DNA of 64,000 nt from Nitrosopumilaceae archaeon (GCA_965207375.1 CBDBMG010000002.1:96001-160000); one strand, 5' to 3'; counted from the stretch's first letter, positions 1-13,867 are shown. Notes: generated by a model from the sequence alone, not told the origin. A program made the numbers and translations.

Positions 1-608
1 AATGTACAATTTACAGATAAAAAACATGCTATAAAAGCACTGAACAAAGTAGTGTCTTCATTTGTATGCAGGAATTATTTTTGATGTGGTAGCTATAGCT
101 TTGTTCAATATGTCTGTTTTTATGGTTTAATGTTTAGTGGTTAATGCCCAATACATAGTGCTTTCCATGCATAGTATGCTTGTGTCCTGGCATATCTATA
201 GTTGCTACATATATAGGAGGCTGATTATAATTCATAATCAAATGTAATTGATTACACACTTTGATGTAATCATAATCCCAATCATAATCGTAAAAGTGTA
301 ATCATAATCATATCTACCTAGTTATCAGCTGATTACTCCTCTTTATATCATCTAAATAACACAATTCTTTAATAAGCCAGTTGATCACTTTGATGACACA
401 TTTTAACCAGCAAGGTGTAGGCTGTCAGTTGAATGTTTAGCTAGAGCTTTTTGTGATTATTAAAATATAATTATAATCACAATGATAATCATATAATCGT
501 GCATTTTGCATGCCTTGCACCATAGTAGCTAGTATAACAACATTACTGTTATGTACGTATGTATTTGATGTTTGTTGTTACACTACTGTATGCCCATTAA
601 CAAATACG

Positions 609-1346
609 TAGTGCTGTATGAGCAATAGTAAAAATTTTACTACGTATCATGATAGTTGCAGAGCAACTACGTACGTACGTACGTATTCTGATATAGATAC
701 TACCCTGATAGTAATATATATATGTTATTATTATACCAAAAAGCCTTGAAAGTAAACAAGTTAGCTTACACGAGACTTGTTTGAACAGTTTGAAGTATAA
801 ACATAATGATGATGTCTAGTGGCTTAACTGTATACTATTTGGATATATATGTTATCATCCATAAAACCTCCAAAAGTAAACTATCATGATAATTATTTAG
901 TAAAATATCCTGATGTTGATATAGTAACTTATAGAGCTGTGCACCTGCAAAAATTTCATCACTGGTTAATTGGCCATAAATAATTGGCGATTATCGGTTA
1001 ATTGGCACCAGTGATATTCATTGTTGCAACAAGGAAATGAGGAGTAAACTTTAAAGATTTTGAGTGTCGGCTATCATATATGTACATTCACCATATAATA
1101 AATATACATGCTGGAGACAACATTCACTTGTACATCATAAAGTCTGGGAAATTAATGTCTCAAATTGGTGTGTCTTGCTTAAATATCTAATATATTAAAG
1201 TGAAATAATTAGAAGCCGATTAATCGGTTATTTAACATGTAATATCGGTTATTGGAATTTTGAAAATAGCCGATCGATTAATCGGTTATTCGGTGAAAGT
1301 GCACAGCACTAGACTAACTTATTATCGATACTATCACTCAGCCCTA
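609..1346. mobile_element. hAT-type MITE (TAGTGCTG...CAGCCCTA), interrupted by a nested MITE
   Basis: Aligns over its length with the cleaner copy at 33087-33508; TAG(G/T)GCTG terminal inverted repeats. Confidence 0.75.
932..1311. mobile_element. Nested hAT-type MITE
   Basis: TIR TAGAGCTGTGCAC / GTGCACAGCACTA; absent from the 33087 copy of the host MITE; partial second copy near 21021-21165. Confidence 0.7.
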
Positions 1347-1422
1347 TTTAAAATTGAAAATCCATGCACCATTCAATTTATGCTTTCTATTATCTAGTAC
1401 ACATATAGCTATAGGCAGGTAG

Positions 1423-3249
1423 CTAGCTAGCATGCACTGTTTTGTTCTTAGTTCTTACACTAGAAATTCTTGAATTAACACCTTCATAATTAGCAACGAA
1501 GTTGTTAACATCATATTGGTCACAAAACATAGTGGTTCCTGACAGTGGCTCATGCACACTGCAGCCATCAGCTTTCTTCCGGCAGAGCCCAAAATTGGCA
1601 TCAATCGATAGTGTAATAATTCCTTGCTCCTGTTTGATTAACACCAGTATGTTATCATATAAATGTTATGTTTTAAAATACTTTAGGACATGCTGGACAT
1701 TTAAATAAGCTTTCATCAACCATCCTTTTTAGTTGTCTTATTTCTTCCTTTAAATGCCTACAACAGACATTGACAAATGTTAATAGAACGTATAATGTTG
1801 CTAGCAGTGACTACCGAAATTCTTCAAAAGTATCGATGAGAACAGGATAAATATTACAAGGCATCTGTGAAAATAAGCGTGCATCTAACAAACTACATGA
1901 AATTAACATATGTATATATGTACATATAGCTAAATTTATTAGACTATAGCAATGTGAATTATCAAGGCTAATGCTCACTTAGAATAAATTTCTAAACTTG
2001 CATATTTACAAGCATTTCTATACGTACATCTTATGATGTCTTGGAGTAATACTATATCCTATATCTAGCTACATATGTATGCTACAGTACATTGTGCTAA
2101 GTACGTAATACCAACTTTTACAAGCTTTTCTTTAACAATCAACTCAACAGCACTACTGAAGTCTTGAACAGCCACCTGGCACTCTAGCAACAATGCTTCC
2201 ATCCAGTTCATAAAAGCTTGTGTAAATGCTAAGCCAGGGCGAGTTGGTGTAGCTGGCCAATATCCTAATTCTATAAGTCTTAAAGCATCAGACTGGCATT
2301 TACAAAATTCAATGTTAAGATTGCGTGGTGTCCCTATGTGTTATAATTAAATTAGACATGGATATAAACGTACATATACCTTCAATATGAAAACATGTAA
2401 TTGTGCGAGTAATCTTTGTATCACACTCATGGCTAGAAATCTTGAGTATAACAGGTGGTAATTTAAGTGGTACAAAGCAGTCATCCTGTGGATATGCATT
2501 GGTAATTGGTAGTTATGAAATAGGTGTATATAACAAATATATGACCTGAGTCCGAGGCCTGAGGAAGTTTACCACGATAAACACCGAGGCCAAAGGCCGA
2601 GGGGTTTATTCATGGCAAATTTCCGAGGACCAAAGACAAAGGTCGTATATTTGTTATATTCACCATATTAGCCATCGTTTATATGATATATACTATGATG
2701 TGCACTAGTAAGTGTATATGCTTGTATATACACCTTAGAATTCCTTTGATGTATGGATTAATCGTATATTTATTCGTATATATACACATAATTGTACCTG
2801 CCATAACTCTGGAAAGTGGTGGTAATGCAGTTTACTGAGAATATCAAAGCAACAGCTTTGACACATAAACAATGGCCCACATTGCTGGCACCGCACACTA
2901 GCATCTTCACTGTTACAGATAGCACACTTGTTGCAGGGTGGCAAAGCATACATTTCAATCATTTTTTGTATGCACTGGTTCTCAAAGTATTCCATTTTTC
3001 AGCTAATTTTTCTTTGCGCCTTGTATGCATACTAACTGGAGGATCATCTTCTTGATAGTTCTGTGGTGGTAAATCAGCAGTCTCAGTACTGATGGTTGAG
3101 GATACACTACTAATGACTGTATCTGGCAAAGAAACAGTAACCTCTTCACTTGTGAACCTGTACCTTTTCTTCTGTCCTTTTCGGGCAGATAAGAAATTAA
3201 GAGGAACTTTGTTCCTCTTTCTTTTAAAACGTGAAGTGAATGGTTGCAT
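1423..3249 (-). pseudogene. Intron-containing KDZ (Kyakuja/Dileera/Zisupton) transposase, N-terminal half with CxC cysteine cluster
   Basis: GT-AG exons 3249-2798, 2485-2380, 2333-2116, 1864-1815, 1757-1682, 1629-~1440 splice in frame. Motifs CAIC-CQQC-CQSCC-H, CKC...LGYWPATPTRPGLAF, CPACP, SIDANFGLCRKK. 1-nt frameshift in the A-run near 2962; no clear downstream exons. Confidence 0.75.
2522..2735. mobile_element. Palindromic non-autonomous element in KDZ intron 1
   Basis: AGGTGTATATA...TATATACACCT ends; inner arms GGTGTATATAACAAATATATGACCT / AGGTCGTATATTTGTTATATTCACC around CCGAGGCCAAAGGCCGAGG. Confidence 0.6.
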
Positions 3250-3595
3250 ATCTGTTGTTGCAGTGGCTATTATCGTTATTGATACAACTAAACAATAAGT
3301 CTTATAAACTGATGTCACATAGAAGATTGTGCTGAGCTTAAACAAACCTACATATAACAATACAGAGTAACATGCAGAGACAAGTAGTAATACACCAACT
3401 CCATACAAAACATAAATGCACGAATAGAATACTGCATGCTAATATAATTAACTTGAGTCTTTAAATTATACGTAATTATAACTACATAGCTACTTCCTCA
3501 CAGCTATACTGCAGACTATTATTGTTAATGGACTGAACATATTCTAATTGTCTAGGTATATATAAAGATTGATCATGAATATTTGACTTGTGAAC

Positions 3596-3872
3596 TAGTC
3601 ACGCATAGCCAGACTGCTTTTTCCATTTTTATTGATGGTGGCGGAATAAAGGGTCTGGTTATACATACCTTAACATAGACTCTTTTGTGTTGTAGAATCC
3701 ACAAATTTTGGCTGTGTTGATTGGTGATGAAAAGCCTAAAAAGACTTGATAAGTGATGCAGTAAATTAAGTAGCTATTGTATAGCTTCCTGCTTGCTTAA
3801 CAGCAACCACCAAAATTTGTGGATTCTATAACACAAAAGAGTCTATGTTAAGGTAACCAGACCCTTTATTAT
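3596..3872. mobile_element. Foldback MITE
   Basis: About 60-bp inverted arms AATAAAGGGTCTGGTT...CCACAAATTTTGG / CCAAAATTTGTGG...ACCAGACCCTTTATT. Confidence 0.65.
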
Positions 3873-6039
3873 AACCAGATAGTCTCATTAATCTGAATGC
3901 TTAGGTACATATGTGCATTGATTTTGATACATGCATGAGGATTGCAACAGAAACAGAATTATCATCATCGTTAATACTGTTTATTGTATATTGCGAGGGC
4001 GGATCAAAGCATTCAACAGTTCTATATATAACTACCATAATGTGTCAAGTAGGTAGTTATGGAACTGTGGTGAGGTATAGTTATAGAATGCTAGAACAGT
4101 AGCACTATTGACACAGTTTTTTCAAAGGATATTGTAGATAAAATTTTCCTTTATTGACTACAATCAAAGAACTGTATTTTGTTGACACTTTAGTAAGTAT
4201 AAAATACAATAAAACACTTAAAGCATAATATATTTATGCTTTAAAGCATTGCCACTTTGTTTATATAAAATATACATCTATTGATGAGAGTCTCGTGACA
4301 AATATAGCACTCTGGCCATTCACCTGGTGCTATATTTGCCACTCGACTCTCACCTCGAGCTGTACATTTCATACAAACTGGTGGCAGTGTTTTAAGTAAT
4401 ACTGAAAGTCCTTTCTAGGGTAATAGGCCACTCCTCTAAGTGTGGTGCCTGGCCAGATTTGTGAAAACAAGCAGAGTTCATACGTACAAAATTTTCAACT
4501 TTCAAAATTCCTGTTGCAAATATTATATAGCCATGATGTGTAAACTATGCTATCACAGTTTCAATGGCTTTGGGTGAACATGTTGTACAGGAACAGGCTG
4601 TACCCTTTGGCGGTGAATCGCCGGAATGCACCTGGCCGACTCTAGTCTGCGTGCCACACTGCCGAAGTGCCATCATTTATGAATAAAGATGTGATCCTTG
4701 CAGTTGCAGTTATATCTGTACTTATAATGCCAGTTACCAGGTCTCAAGGTCTCAGTAGCTGGTGACTCGCCAAAATCCGCCCAGGTTAACCGACCATTAT
4801 ATGCATAATTCCATGAGTCTCCCGAGTACTACGTATAATTCACCATGATGTCCTGAGTGATAAGAATCTGTAAGAATCTGGTAGTCTACACAGTCTATAT
4901 ACTGGATCTGGATTTCATTTACTATGTCTATAATTCACGAGATAATTCATCGTGATTTAAAAATCATGTAGAAATACTTGTCATATATTAGTCATATAGG
5001 ATCAGGATATTACTGTATAAAAATAGTAATATGACCCAGTATATATCCCGTATACGGTATGCGAAGCGGGTGGCATAATGGCAACTTTGTCACAAAATTT
5101 TAATATGGTGTATAGCTATATGTTGACGATGCATGATACACACAAGTCAACTTGCCACGCTCACAACACACCCGAAAACGCACACACACTTCCCACAGAC
5201 AAACTCCCACAGAAAAACTCGCACAGACAAACGCCAAGGAAGTTAGTTGGCACGCGTGTAACCAAACCGCGGAAGAACGCGCCAAAATGAGAAATCCATT
5301 CTGTTTATCGTGAAGTGTCTACTTGTGTTTTAGACCTGATATACGCAGATGCAGGCGTCAGTGGAAATATTCAAGTTTTGTACCTTGGGAATCAATCACA
5401 ATGGCGACTGTATTTCAACTTGAAAGGCCGAAGCAATCCGCTCGATATGAAACGATTTCGACACTGAATGTATACGGCTCGATACAGTTAATGAGTTAAA
5501 TGAATTATACATGTTTGTGTGTAAAAATGCAGCTGGGTGTGTAGTGTGTCAAATTTGAGGACATTTAAAGTGTGTTATTTTTAGCATTGCATCATTGCTA
5601 CCTACAATCAACTGCTGAACTTCAGAAAACTGAGATCTTCTACGTAAATGGGGCTATAGAAGTCACCGGGTACTACTGTGAGTTGCTAAATTTAATTAAC
5701 ACTACAGTGTAGCTATGTAGCTATAATTATAGCTAGCTATATTCAAGGCTATATTTTGGCCCAGGTTTATCCGGTCACTAGCTTCTATTCCCCACCATTT
5801 AGAGCATGTCATTACGTGAATAAAGCACATACTCGCCCCAAAATATATATATTCAGGAGTAGCTAGATACTGTATTTCAGCTAACTATTTCTACGGGGGA
5901 AATCCATACTCCGTGATTTTACTACATAAAACCTTGTGAAACTTCATACACTGGCAATTTATCCTATATAAATTCTATGGCTGATTCTAACTGTAAGATT
6001 TTGTACAATGTTATTGTATTAGTATGTATGTGCATGCGG

Positions 6040-6180
<141 letters not shown>

Positions 6181-6335
6181 TGAGGTAGCAGTACCCTGTG
6201 GTTAGAGTGTCTGCTTGCTGATTGAGAGGTCACAAGTTCGACCCAGCTGCTGCTGTTGTTTCTTTGAGCAAGGAAATTATTTACATTGCTCCAGTTCACC
6301 CAGCTGTATTAATGGGGATTATAAATAAATAAATA
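6181..6335 (+). mobile_element. tRNA-derived SINE with CORE-like body
   Basis: A-box-like TGGTTAGAGTG, B-box-like GTTCGACCC, body TTTCTTTGAGCAAGG...CCAGTTCACCCAGCTGTATTAATGGGG, (TAAA)n tail. Confidence 0.6.
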
Positions 6336-6734
6336 ATGCTAGCTATAATGTGCACACATCTTAATGCTTTGTGCCGGTTGTGTAACTATGTATGTGCAAC
6401 ATCCATGTCACATCTTAAGAAGCAACAAAAGTACATATACGTAGCATATAGTTCTACACACACACACACACACACGCACACACACGCACACACACACACA
6501 CACAGCTACCACATATATACACATGGATTAATTTTATGTTTATAAACTGTTGTTTGCAAGCCATAATAAATATAGGATTTGTAGGTAATGCAAAGCTATA
6601 CACAACTAATTAGTAATAAATACATAGCTAGCTAGCTAATGAAAACATCTATAATTATAGATAGCTGTAACTATTCCTACAGTGATACATACGTAGCTAA
6701 AGCTATACATATAAATTTAATAATTTAACCACAG

Positions 6735-7621
6735 CAGGGCCGGAGCAATCGGTCAGGCCAGTCAGGCAAATGCCTGACCACTTTTCAGAAGCTATCCCAC
6801 AATCAAAAAGTTTAAGTTAATATTCTAACTCTAATCACCTTTGTGAAACTTCTTGTAATCTCAACCAGTAACTGAAGAAAGTTTTCATGTCTTCACGCAA
6901 ATGAACCAAATCACGTGATTTCCATTGATCATAATAATACTTTTGTGCGCTTAAGCAATAGTGATGCGCCGATTTTGCCAGCATAATATATACCAAAAGG
7001 ATAATAAGGTTAATGTTAATGCACTAAAACAATAGCCTAGTTTCTTAGGGTGAAATAATAGTTCACTTTAGTAATGAGATATTAAACCCACAATCAAAAC
7101 TTTACGTATCCTCGACGATGGTTTGTTATGCCGGTAAGAATGGCGTTTTTAGAACGATCAATTTGAGTTATTTACCTACCTTGGGAGAGCAGCCTAACCA
7201 GCCTAAGAGTTTTTAGTTTCCGAAAAGGAGCTTTGGGATAGATGTGTAAATGAGTCTATTTCATTAAATTCCCACAGATCTGACAAAATTGCTAAGTTTC
7301 AGTTACTGTGACTATGCATGTGTGTAATTATACAATTATAGCTATAGCTAATAATGTACCCTACTTATGTATTTTGCTTGTATGCACTATAACTTGTGAA
7401 ATTTAATATAAAAATTAGACAATAATATGTAGGCATGTTTGGAAGGTGAAAATGCCCTCAGATTCAATCTCAGGAGTGCACATTTTAAAAATTTTCTGGG
7501 GGGCATGCCCCAGACCCCCCTAGTTTTGGCATGCTTCGCATGCATGTGTGCTTTGCACACAATGAGCGTATTTCTCCATTGAAAATGCCTGACCACTTAT
7601 GTAAAGGCTGCTCCAGCCCTG
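6735..7621. mobile_element. Non-autonomous DNA transposon, CAGGG ends, 5-bp TSD (hAT5-like)
   Basis: TIR CAGGGCCGGAGC / GCTCCAGCCCTG; CACAG on both flanks. Confidence 0.7.
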
Positions 7622-10371
7622 CACAGTACACTAAGGTGAACTTATAATTATTTCATCTATATGTACATAAATAGCTACTGACGGTGCAAACTTTTGTCAG
7701 GAGAAATATTGATGATTTGAGAAATTCTTTGCTATTCGTACCATCCAAAGTTTTTTTACCAATAGCTGTTTGCATGTAAGGCTGATAGCTACAATTCGTC
7801 AAAACTTGAAAATTTTCCTTGCCCCCAATTCATCAAAAGTTTCATGCCACATCGTGTGTATTGTACATGACAAAGATAAAGCTATGGAAGCTCCATTGGG
7901 ACAATGGAGTATTCTGATACTTTCCACAATTTTTTAATAATAAATTAAATAAAGCATAGCTATAATGTGTAGCTAGTCCAAAGAATAGCCGTCTCATTGC
8001 ACGGTGAACTTCTGTGCACCCATGTATATTGCAGACTATTTATACCAGATTAGTATGTCCATACTAATTATATAAGTGGTGTGATGCCAATCTGTCCAGT
8101 CTGTAGCAGATGGTATATATCTATATAGCTACCATTTTGATAATTTATTGATAGTTATACATCAAACAGATTTACATATTTAATGGGTGGAACTTGAAAG
8201 CACTATTCCCGACTAATCATCAGAAAGTGTACATGTATTTTTTCTGAGAGTATAAGTAATGAATACATTTCAGCTATGTAAGCAGTGAAAGTATATTAGC
8301 TACATACGTATAGTTGTATAATATACGTAGCTAGGTAGCTACATATGTATAGCACTGATCTTGGTACAACATATATAATTACATCTATAGTCAGTGAATC
8401 CATGAAATCTCATGAAGGTTTATTATAAACAACAATCAACATACGTAGCTAGCTATTTGCTTAATCAATTACCATGTCTGGGTTAAGGTTCATGCTTGTT
8501 TTAGCAACCCTGACAACTAGCTACCGATGCAGTTGTTTAGCTGTACAGCTACATATCTTGAGTGATAGTGAGAATTTTGTTATGCTTACTATGACAATAA
8601 TTATTAGCACTGGCTATAAACTATATAGCTACATACGTACATATCTAATACATGTGCACATCTTTAGCATTACGTAGCTAGCTATATACGTATGTGGAAC
8701 TTTTGAATTCATCAGATTTTCGCTGTTTATTGAGTGAAATTTAACCACTGTATATACACACTTGCTATTACATACCTATGAAAGTGCAAATATGCATAGC
8801 AAAGGTATGTTTAACTGTATATTGTAATCTAGTCCTAAGGTTATAGCTATATGTATGACCATTTTCATAATAATTACATACGTACGTATGTAGCTAGCTA
8901 GCTGCAGAATTCACTGCTGAAGTTGGTTTTAACTGAGACTGAAGGTTTCCTGTGGGACTCTTTAGCAAATTTTAAAATTTTTGCACAGAGAATTTTAACT
9001 GAGATCAACAGTTTCTTGTGGGACCAGCTAGCAGCGGTGCAATTATGTAGCTATGTAGCTACGTATAAATTACCCACTATAGTAACTTGTGTAACTCGGT
9101 TTTAACTGAGATAAGTATAATCTCTTGTGGGACCACTTTTCACAAGTACACAGAAATTAGTGGTAGCTACGTATGTATATATATGCATTTATGACGGAGA
9201 CAATCGAGGACATGCTAAATTCCATTTTAGAGCAATACTTTCCTAATGGCAATGCACAATGCAGATCCCTTTCACCAAGTTGCTAGCTATATATATAGCT
9301 ACGTACGTAGCTTAATTGACAACTATTACATAGCTGTCTACTTTACTCACTCTCGGCCAGTTTAGCTATTTGTCAGTGCTCCAGCCAGAGAAAAAGACTA
9401 AAATGTGACTCTATCAACATTAGTGTAGCTACGTAAGCTATTGCATGCATAACACAAGTTACTATAGCTATAGCTAGACACAGTTGCATACTAAAATGGA
9501 GACCTTGTGGTGAAAGGGCAAGTAGCTATGCAAGATAATTAATAATCATCCTAACCACATCAAAAAATGATTACCACCATAGTTAGCAACTTTCTCACCA
9601 CCAAAATGTAAGTAGCAGGATATATAACTGATAAGCTTAAGAATCATGATTATAGTCAGCAGACCCATGAAACTCCTATGAAATTTGTAGAATGCATTGA
9701 AGAAAAATTCATGGTATCTCCCAAAACCATGAAATTTAAATTCATGTGATTTTCATAGCTGAAGAACCCATGAAATTTTTGTACAAATTTCATGGGTATA
9801 TCATTGTATCCATGAACTACTCATGAAATAAAATCTTCATGGTATGAGTCATGGTATCATTTGACGTTTCATGGCATTATAATAGATATTTCATTACTCA
9901 AGTTGCTGGTAGTGAATGCAACATTCATGTTTATGCTTCACTACATGATGGAGTGTGTTGGTAATTTTTGTCCCTTACATGAGAAGCCAAAAAAGTAAAT
10001 GTATAATTGTTGGCTATACATACAGCTTTAGTATACTAATAGTGAACATCTGTATAGTAAACCTTGTAATAAACATTCGTTGAAGCTTTGGAGGTTGCAG
10101 ACAGCCTTCGAAGGTTATAGTAAATTGACAATCTGCCAGTTAGTTATATGTATGATGATCATAGCATGTGATTCACATAGTAAGCCATACTATTGCAGTT
10201 GAACTCTGCTCAATGCATACACTATGTGTTGGCATGCAGGTAAAACAGATTCCCATTCATAATTAACTTAGCAATGGTAAGTTATCATAAGTGGGATGAA
10301 AGGAAGCACTGATAATGCAAACAAAGTGACATAAGACAGGAAGAGCTCAACACTAATGAATAACAAAACTG

Positions 10372-10379
10372 TATAAATA
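10372..10379 (+). promoter_or_regulatory. TATA box of the fibrinogen-domain gene
   Basis: TATAAATA about 85 bp upstream of the ATG at 10458; AATAAA near 11343 after the stop. Confidence 0.5.
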
Positions 10380-10457
10380 GCCATCGCTGAATCAAATGCA
10401 ACAAGCAATTTCAATATCATCACTGAAGAAACATAGCTATCTTAAACAGTGGCAACT

Positions 10458-11216
10458 ATGAAGATTATCATATACACTGCCACATTAATGCTGTTTTCAC
10501 TACTGGCCAATTCTGAAGATTTCTGTACTACGTACATCAACCAGTACAACCGGTTCAGAACTGAATGTAACCTGCAGACACATAACATCAACATCAGCAC
10601 CTGTTGTGACTTGAGAGTGTTCCAGTTCAGAGAGATAACATCGATATCTGGTGTATACACTATAAGAAGAGGATCATTTGATACTGCAAGCGCCTACTGT
10701 GACATGAACACCACTGATGGAGGATGGATTGTCATACAAAGAAATAGAATGGGAAGCAGTCTTGACTTCAATAGGACCTATTCAGAATATGAAGAAGGCT
10801 TTGGGGATCTTACTGGTGACTTTTGGTATGGACTAGAAGGAATAGAATGTTTGACACAGAGGGGTACTTGGGAGATGAGAATAGATTTTGAATTTATGAA
10901 CCGCACTAGGTCATACCATCACTACAACTCTTTTATTGTACAGAATGGTCATCTAAGCTAAAGACTGTTGATCACTGGGTATCAAGGGATCGGTGAAGAT
11001 TTTCTAAGGCGATATTCCCTTAGGCAATTCAGTACTCCTGATCATGATGTTGATGGAAACAGATCATTGAACTGTGCAGCACTGGCAGGAAGTGGATTTT
11101 GGCATGGTGGTACTCAGTGCGGTTTAGTTAACCTCAATGCCCAATCACCTCTTGTGGGGGGAGTAGATGTACGATTTGTGGAGATGAAAATCCGTCAACT
11201 AAATTGTGACATATAA
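10458..11216 (+). pseudogene. Secreted fibrinogen-related domain (FReD; ficolin/angiopoietin-like) gene, single exon, one in-frame stop
   Basis: Signal peptide MKIIIYTATLMLFSLLANS; SGVYTI, YCDMNTTDGGWIVIQR, GFGDLTGDFWYGLE, FSTPDHDVD, VEMKIR. TAA at 10959-10961 lies in frame where Tyr of YRL is expected. Confidence 0.85.
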
Positions 11217-11720
11217 CTAATAACTGTACATAACTATTCTACATAGACATACACAACAGTTTTGTACAAATTAGGCAGTAGCTACACCTGTATACTAACT
11301 AGCTATATTTCTATGTTTAGTTACGTAGCTATATAGCTACATAATAAACAAAGCAATTAAAGGTGTTACCATATAGCGTAAGTCACTGAAGGTTGCGCAG
11401 TTTTTGCATTGCCCTCTATTATGTAACCATGTGCGTGTATTTTGGGGCCCACGTGATAAAGTGATCTTTGTGTTACCCAGTGATAGAATCACATGTTAAT
11501 AGATTAAGCAATCAAACTAAGGGAGTTTTAAAAGTGTGTAATTTACCGAAAGTTGCACGGTAGCACATTAAGTTGTGCACCTGTACATTTTCTATAGGAA
11601 TTTTTACACGCGGTAATTTATGCCTGTTTGAAAGCTTCATACCATTTTCAGTGCCTTATACTAGAAAATAGAACTGATCGATCCAATAGGTGGTCCTGCC
11701 AGGTTAGTAAGGACATGTCC

Positions 11721-12143
11721 ATGCTAAACAAAAACACCTTGGGTGTAAAAAAAGTGCGAGGCCAATCAGAAGCCACAATGGTTATATAAGCGACCAAAAA
11801 CTCTGATATCAAGTAAGGCCAAGAAGTTAAACATTTTATTAAGAATTCTTTCACTTGAATGACATACAATAATTTACAGGGCACTTTCACAACTATGATT
11901 GGCTTTGTCACTTGGCCACCTTTTTGTACCATCATCTTTTATAAGGTGGCCAAGTGACAAAGCCAATCATAGTTGTGAAAGTGCCCTGTAAACTATTGTA
12001 TGTCATTCAAGTGAAAGAATTCTTAATAAAATGTTCAACTTCTTGGCCTTACTTGATATCAGAGTTTTTGGTCGCTTATATAACCATAGTGGCTTCTGAT
12101 TGGCCTCGCACTTTTTTACACCCAAGGTGTTTTTGTTTAGCAT
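11721..12143. repeat. Long near-perfect inverted repeat (foldback element), about 200-bp arms
   Basis: Arms read as reverse complements; mirror ORFs 11648-11935(-) and 11954-12178(+) share a peptide. Confidence 0.85.
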
Positions 12144-12913
12144 ATCACTTCTTTTTGTTAGAGAAGAAAATATTATGAAGAAGTTGTTGGAGAAGTTGCT
12201 AAAAATTAGCATTCTTACTACAACATGATAGTACTCAGCTTGCTACATGTACGTAAATAACTCACTTGTTCGTCGCGTACGGCCTGCTTCTTCTTGGCCT
12301 CGCGACTCACTATCGTGAGTCTTGATATATTTCCGCATAACAAAGTATACGCAATGTATTGAGTTGTGTACTGCACGACTTTCGATGAGTGACGCTACGT
12401 ATGTACGTACATAGCTACTAGCTATAATTACACAGCTCGATAATTTATTATGTTTGTTGGCCATAATGATAACAGTCCGCAAACAGTTCACAATTACGTA
12501 TAAGAGGAAATACTAGCTAGTACACAGTTTATTACATCCTTCTATACAAGTATGCAACTATATTACAAAGTTGTAGGAACTCTAGTGATTGGTATACAAT
12601 TCATTATATGGTAGTCTGCACTGGCAGCTACACACCTCCCCTATAGATAATGGGCATGGGTTAAGTATGTATTGTATGGGTAGTAGTGGAGTGTGTAAAT
12701 GATAATGAGGTGGAAGGAATGTTTACTGATGTTATAAAATCTGAATGCTTTTGAGCGAATTCTTACGATAATCACAGTATTCACGATAATATTGTGCTGC
12801 CCGATATTACGATACTGAAAATTTCTCTTCGATATCGATTATCGTGGCACTTTAATATCATGATAAACGATAATATCGTAATATTGCCCAACTCTACAAA
12901 GTTGCCATATAAC

Positions 12914-13733
12914 TAGGTGAAATGCATAGCATTGTGGGGCGAGCCTGGTGCTATGATAGATGGCATATATACACTTACCACTGATGACCTTACATGCACA
13001 ATACATTGTACACTCTCAGTGTACAAGCAACAGTGCGGCTACATGAACAGGTCAATGGTATCTTAGAAACTTGTACTGATATATCATGAAAGCTGGGATA
13101 TACGTAACTAAACAGTAAAGCAATTACAGTGGTACATGTGTGTCAAGTAGCTCTGTACACTGAAATAATAGTACGTCACTTAAAATAGTTACTTTTTTAT
13201 AACATTACAACAAACTGCAATAAACAATAAGCACATGGTGGTAGCTACCAGAGTAAAATAGTGAGGTTTTCAACAAAGTGTAAAGGAAGATTTGTTTCTT
13301 ATAACTGAATAATATAATCATCTATATTGTATAGATGGCCAATATTTTAAATGTATCTGTCTAGCCATTGCAGTGCTATAGTACATTCCTAACAGGCCTA
13401 AAATCAAATGATCAGCTTACTATTGTTTCATACAAATACAACTATTTCCTTAATTAGAAAGTTTTATTCATACATTGTGGTGAGTAAGTTATGGTTAGCA
13501 CTTGAATGGTATAACCCATGTGGTTAGCACTTAATGGTGCATGCTATGGTTAGCACTTCACATGTTTGATGTAATGTTGGTTAGCACTCCATGTACTTGA
13601 TGTAGTGTTGGTTAGCACTTAAACAGTTTTTAGCCATATACGGTAAGGCATCAAGCAAGCAAGCAAGCAAGTAAGAAGACAGATTTCACTGTTGATCTCA
13701 CATGGTGGGGCTTGCTAAGGCTCGCCCCAATTA
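12914..13733 (+). repeat. Dispersed ~0.8-kb repeat, copy 1
   Basis: Colinear with 58261-59037; subterminal IR GGGGCGAGCC / GGCTCGCCCC and a 3' hairpin. Confidence 0.8.
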
Positions 13734-13867
13734 ATTATAGCTATGTATATATAAGCACAAAACTCCTAGCTACATATCATATGCAATGCTCCATACACTT
13801 TAGAGAGTGCAGGTATTGTATCCCTTTAGATGTAGCTAATGACATAGGTATGTAGCTACATATACAC

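Noticed and set aside
4580-4800. Possible solo LTR (TG start, AATAAA, GC-richer)
   Set aside because: No definable CA end or TSD
6181-6250. tRNA gene
   Set aside because: No complete cloverleaf; it continues into a SINE-like body and tail
11648-12178. Pair of similar ORFs on opposite strands
   Set aside because: A consequence of the DNA palindrome; no protein motifs
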